Shown here piece by piece: positions 37,341-39,989 of a DNA stretch of 39,989 bases (position 1 is its first letter; every line of letters starts with the position of its first letter). The notes under the pieces were generated by a model. It searched no databases. It saw only the letters and a program-made list of their open reading frames with translations, and was not told the origin of the DNA. The translations under genes and the position numbers were made by a program. The stretch is taken from NCBI RefSeq assembly GCF_001194135.2, contig NC_068991.1, positions 37,887,355 through 37,927,343 of the forward strand, written 5' to 3'. The stretch is from Octopus bimaculoides (taxonomy: Eukaryota).

Positions 37341-39252
37341 TTCTGGGCAACAAAAACATATTTATTGTCTGATACCCAGATAAATGAAGCTGTACAAAGC
37401 TAAATCGAGTACGTTGATTCCGAATCTGAACTCAGAATTGCTGTAGCACGCCAGAATCATTAGTTATGCGCACATTTATATATTAATACTATATTAGAAT
37501 CAAGAATAGTTAAGTTCAAGGTAAATAATTATTATAATAGTATATTAGAACTGTATATAGTAAATTTATGTTCAAGGCAAATAGCTCTATAATATAATGC
37601 TACATAGTATATTTATTTAATTTTTGATATGCTCAGCTCAGAAATGTTTGAGACACTTGCTCTTGCGCTTATGCATCGTGCTGGTCTCTTGTTGTAGGAA
37701 CCAGCAGTAGTCACCCATCATGTGTGGATTGAACCAGCTTTGATACCTTGTTTCTATCTCAGATATGTTCTGGTGGAACCTCTGGCCATGCCATCACTAA
37801 GGGCACGAAGATTTGTTGGAAAAAATCGAGATGAGAATGCTTCTAGTGCATTTTAAGGGACATTCGGCATCCCATTCTTTCATACGCTGTTAGCATGTTG
37901 TTTATCAAATCAGCATAGTTTCAGGTCTATGATTTCCAAGAAAGTTCTGTACAACAAACTGAATGAATCCCATGCTGTCAGCTCAACTGGATTCAGTTTA
38001 CCTCTGAATTTGCTATCAGATATCAATTCTTTGATCTTGGGTCCAATGAAAATGCCTGCTTTCAGTTTTGCATCTCTTTTCTCTGCACCAAATTTTACTT
38101 TTAGGTACTGGAAACCACAACCATCGTGTGTCATTGCTTTTACGAAGTTTTTCATAAGGCCGAGTTTGATGTGAAGGGGTGGAAGGAAGATCTTTTACGG
38201 GTCTATCAGTAGCATATGCTGCACATTGTATCAACCAACTATGTGCTGATCTCTTTTTGGCCAGTCTTTTACAGTGTAATGATTACTGTCGTTGCGGCTG
38301 TTCCAAACACACAAGAAGCACCAATTTTTGGTATATCCCAGCTGCAGTCCTAGGAGGAGGGAAATCACTTTTAAATCACAACAAATATTCTACTTGTGAA
38401 CTGAGTAATTAACTCCTTTCAGAAAGAGTTCCATTAATTCATAAGTTTCTTCGATATCTACATGACCCACAAGAATGGAAGGTTTTTCATTACTATTATG
38501 TGACAACACAGCTCTGAGGCTAACCTTACTCGAGTCTATAAACAATCTCCATTAGTTAGCCACATATACATGTCCTAGTCTTTGCATGAGTGCATTAATT
38601 TCAGTACAGAAACAAGCATTATTTGCTTGTTTGAAAAAGACAGATAAGCCTTTATGGTGAGAAGAGAAAATGGAAATTTTCGTACCTTGCTGTAGGAGAT
38701 TCCGTTGTTGGAGTCTGGATCCCAAACTTCTGCCTCCTCGTTTGACAATGCTAGGTCTCTTACTAAATCGTTCAAATCGTCTTGATTAAACTAGCCTGGC
38801 TCATTTTTCTTAGAATCACCTACGTACTCTTCGTCGATAGGAGAGTAGCGGAGTTCATCGTGCGATGTGTCAAGATTTTCAAGTGAAGCATGTGAGAAGG
38901 GAACTGGGACATGTGACGGCAGCACAAACGACACTGAGAGTTAGCAAGAACAAACTTACGTATTTGGCATTGCACATAATACGTCAGCGCCATCTATTGC
39001 TAAACTAAATAATATACTTTCTCATCGTTTGTTTTATTGCTGCTATTTCTTTAATTTTGAATTAAGACCTCTTTCATTCAAGTAAATTTTAGTCTATATC
39101 TAGTTGAAAGTATAGTTATAATCTTGCGCATGCGCATAACTCCAATTCCTGACGCGCTAGAACAATTCTGAGTGCCGATTCGGAATCAGCATCCTCGATT
39201 TAGTCTAAAACATCTGCTTTTACCCCAGTAGCGAAATCTTTGTTGTCCAGTG
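37341..39252 (-). mobile_element. Degenerate DNA transposon, CMC superfamily (Chapaev3-like), ~1.9 kb
   Basis: Right end TTGTCCAGTG; left end (..)CTGGGCAACAAA. Imperfect subterminal inverted repeats (CTAAATCGAG..TGATTCCGAATC..CTCAGAATTG..GTTATGCGCA) at about 37400-37470 and 39130-39205, enclosing a transposase pseudogene. The family name is my recognition of the motifs. Confidence 0.75.
37650..38960 (-). pseudogene. Disrupted transposase of the Chapaev3/CMC-like element; ends approximate
   Basis: Minus-strand motifs in order: FNQDDLNDLVRDLALS; ICCDLKVISLLLGLQLGYTKNWCFLCVWNSR; LPPLHIKLGLMKNFVKAM (38185-38132); KLKAGIFIGPKIKELI; HSHLDFFP..HGQRFHQ..MMGDYCW. In-frame stops and frameshifts throughout. 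Confidence 0.85.
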
Positions 39253-39848
39253 TTATCATATATGTCCTTTCTTTTTTATTCACCACAACAATGTCCGGTT
39301 TCTGATGTATGGTCAGGTGGTCGCACTGGATTATTGTATCCCACAGGATTTTCAGTGACTCCCGCTGAGATTTGCTGATACCATGTCTTTGCTCTTCGTA
39401 GACCGTGATTTCTGCAAGTTCTTAATGGATCATTCTTGTCACATTGTCATGGCGTCTTTTATATTCGCGTTGTGCCAATTTCGGACATTCACTAACGATG
39501 TGCCATACCGTTTCGCCCCTCTCACCACACATTCTGTATCTGTCGCTATCGGTGGTGTCGTCTAGTCTGCACTTCATATAAATGGTCTTTAACGCTTATT
39601 CTTGCGCTGCGCATACGAATGCTTCTGTCTCTATCTTCAGGTCACACCTCCTCTTCCATAGCCACCGGTCCTCTGTATTTGTCTTGGCGTTCACATCTCT
39701 TGCAAATGGACCTGGAAACTGACCAAGCCTCTCCCATCTTTTCTTCTGGACAAGTACAGCCTATTGATGTCACTCTTAGGGTGGAAGGCTCCGTGTAGTC
39801 AACATTTTTCCGATCTTGGTATCCATTTTCTTAATTTCTCTCGTTTTG
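39253..39848 (-). mobile_element. R4/Dong-like non-LTR retrotransposon, upstream part (RT C-terminus, CCHC knuckle, start of RLE), 5'-truncated
   Basis: Minus strand reads HGAFHPKSDINRLYLSRRKDGRGLV (about 39790-39720), ETEAFVCAAQE, YRMCGERGETVWHIVSEC (decayed CCHC, about 39540-39485), and KPDIVVVNKKERTYMI. Begins at (TAA)n. Confidence 0.87.
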
Positions 39849-39968
<120 letters not shown>

Positions 39969-39989
39969 ATTTTTAATTTGTTGTATAGG

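Overview
AT-rich, microsatellite-saturated eukaryotic DNA with several assembly gaps. The repeat landscape looks like a coleoid cephalopod, most likely Octopus; this is inferred from recognised repeat types, not from a search. The only supportable host gene is a Fezf (Fez/earmuff) orthologue at 30595-32622 (+), with an N-terminal eh1 motif, six C2H2 fingers and an uninterrupted coding sequence. About 30 kb upstream has no other recognisable gene and contains repeats plus short unique blocks that may be enhancers. Mobile DNA includes a decayed Penelope-like element, two tRNA-type SINE families, a fold-back mariner derivative, two MITEs, and an R4/Dong-like LINE in (TAA)n that is split in frame by a Chapaev3/CMC-like DNA transposon. 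The most unusual signal is a set of short (TA)n-associated repeats carrying minimal hammerhead-ribozyme folds: one near-canonical (3358-3405, -), two copies of a variant-core family (5827-5862 +, 35239-35274 -), and one possibly permuted (7484-7530). Almost all ORFs in the supplied track are microsatellite or gap artefacts.
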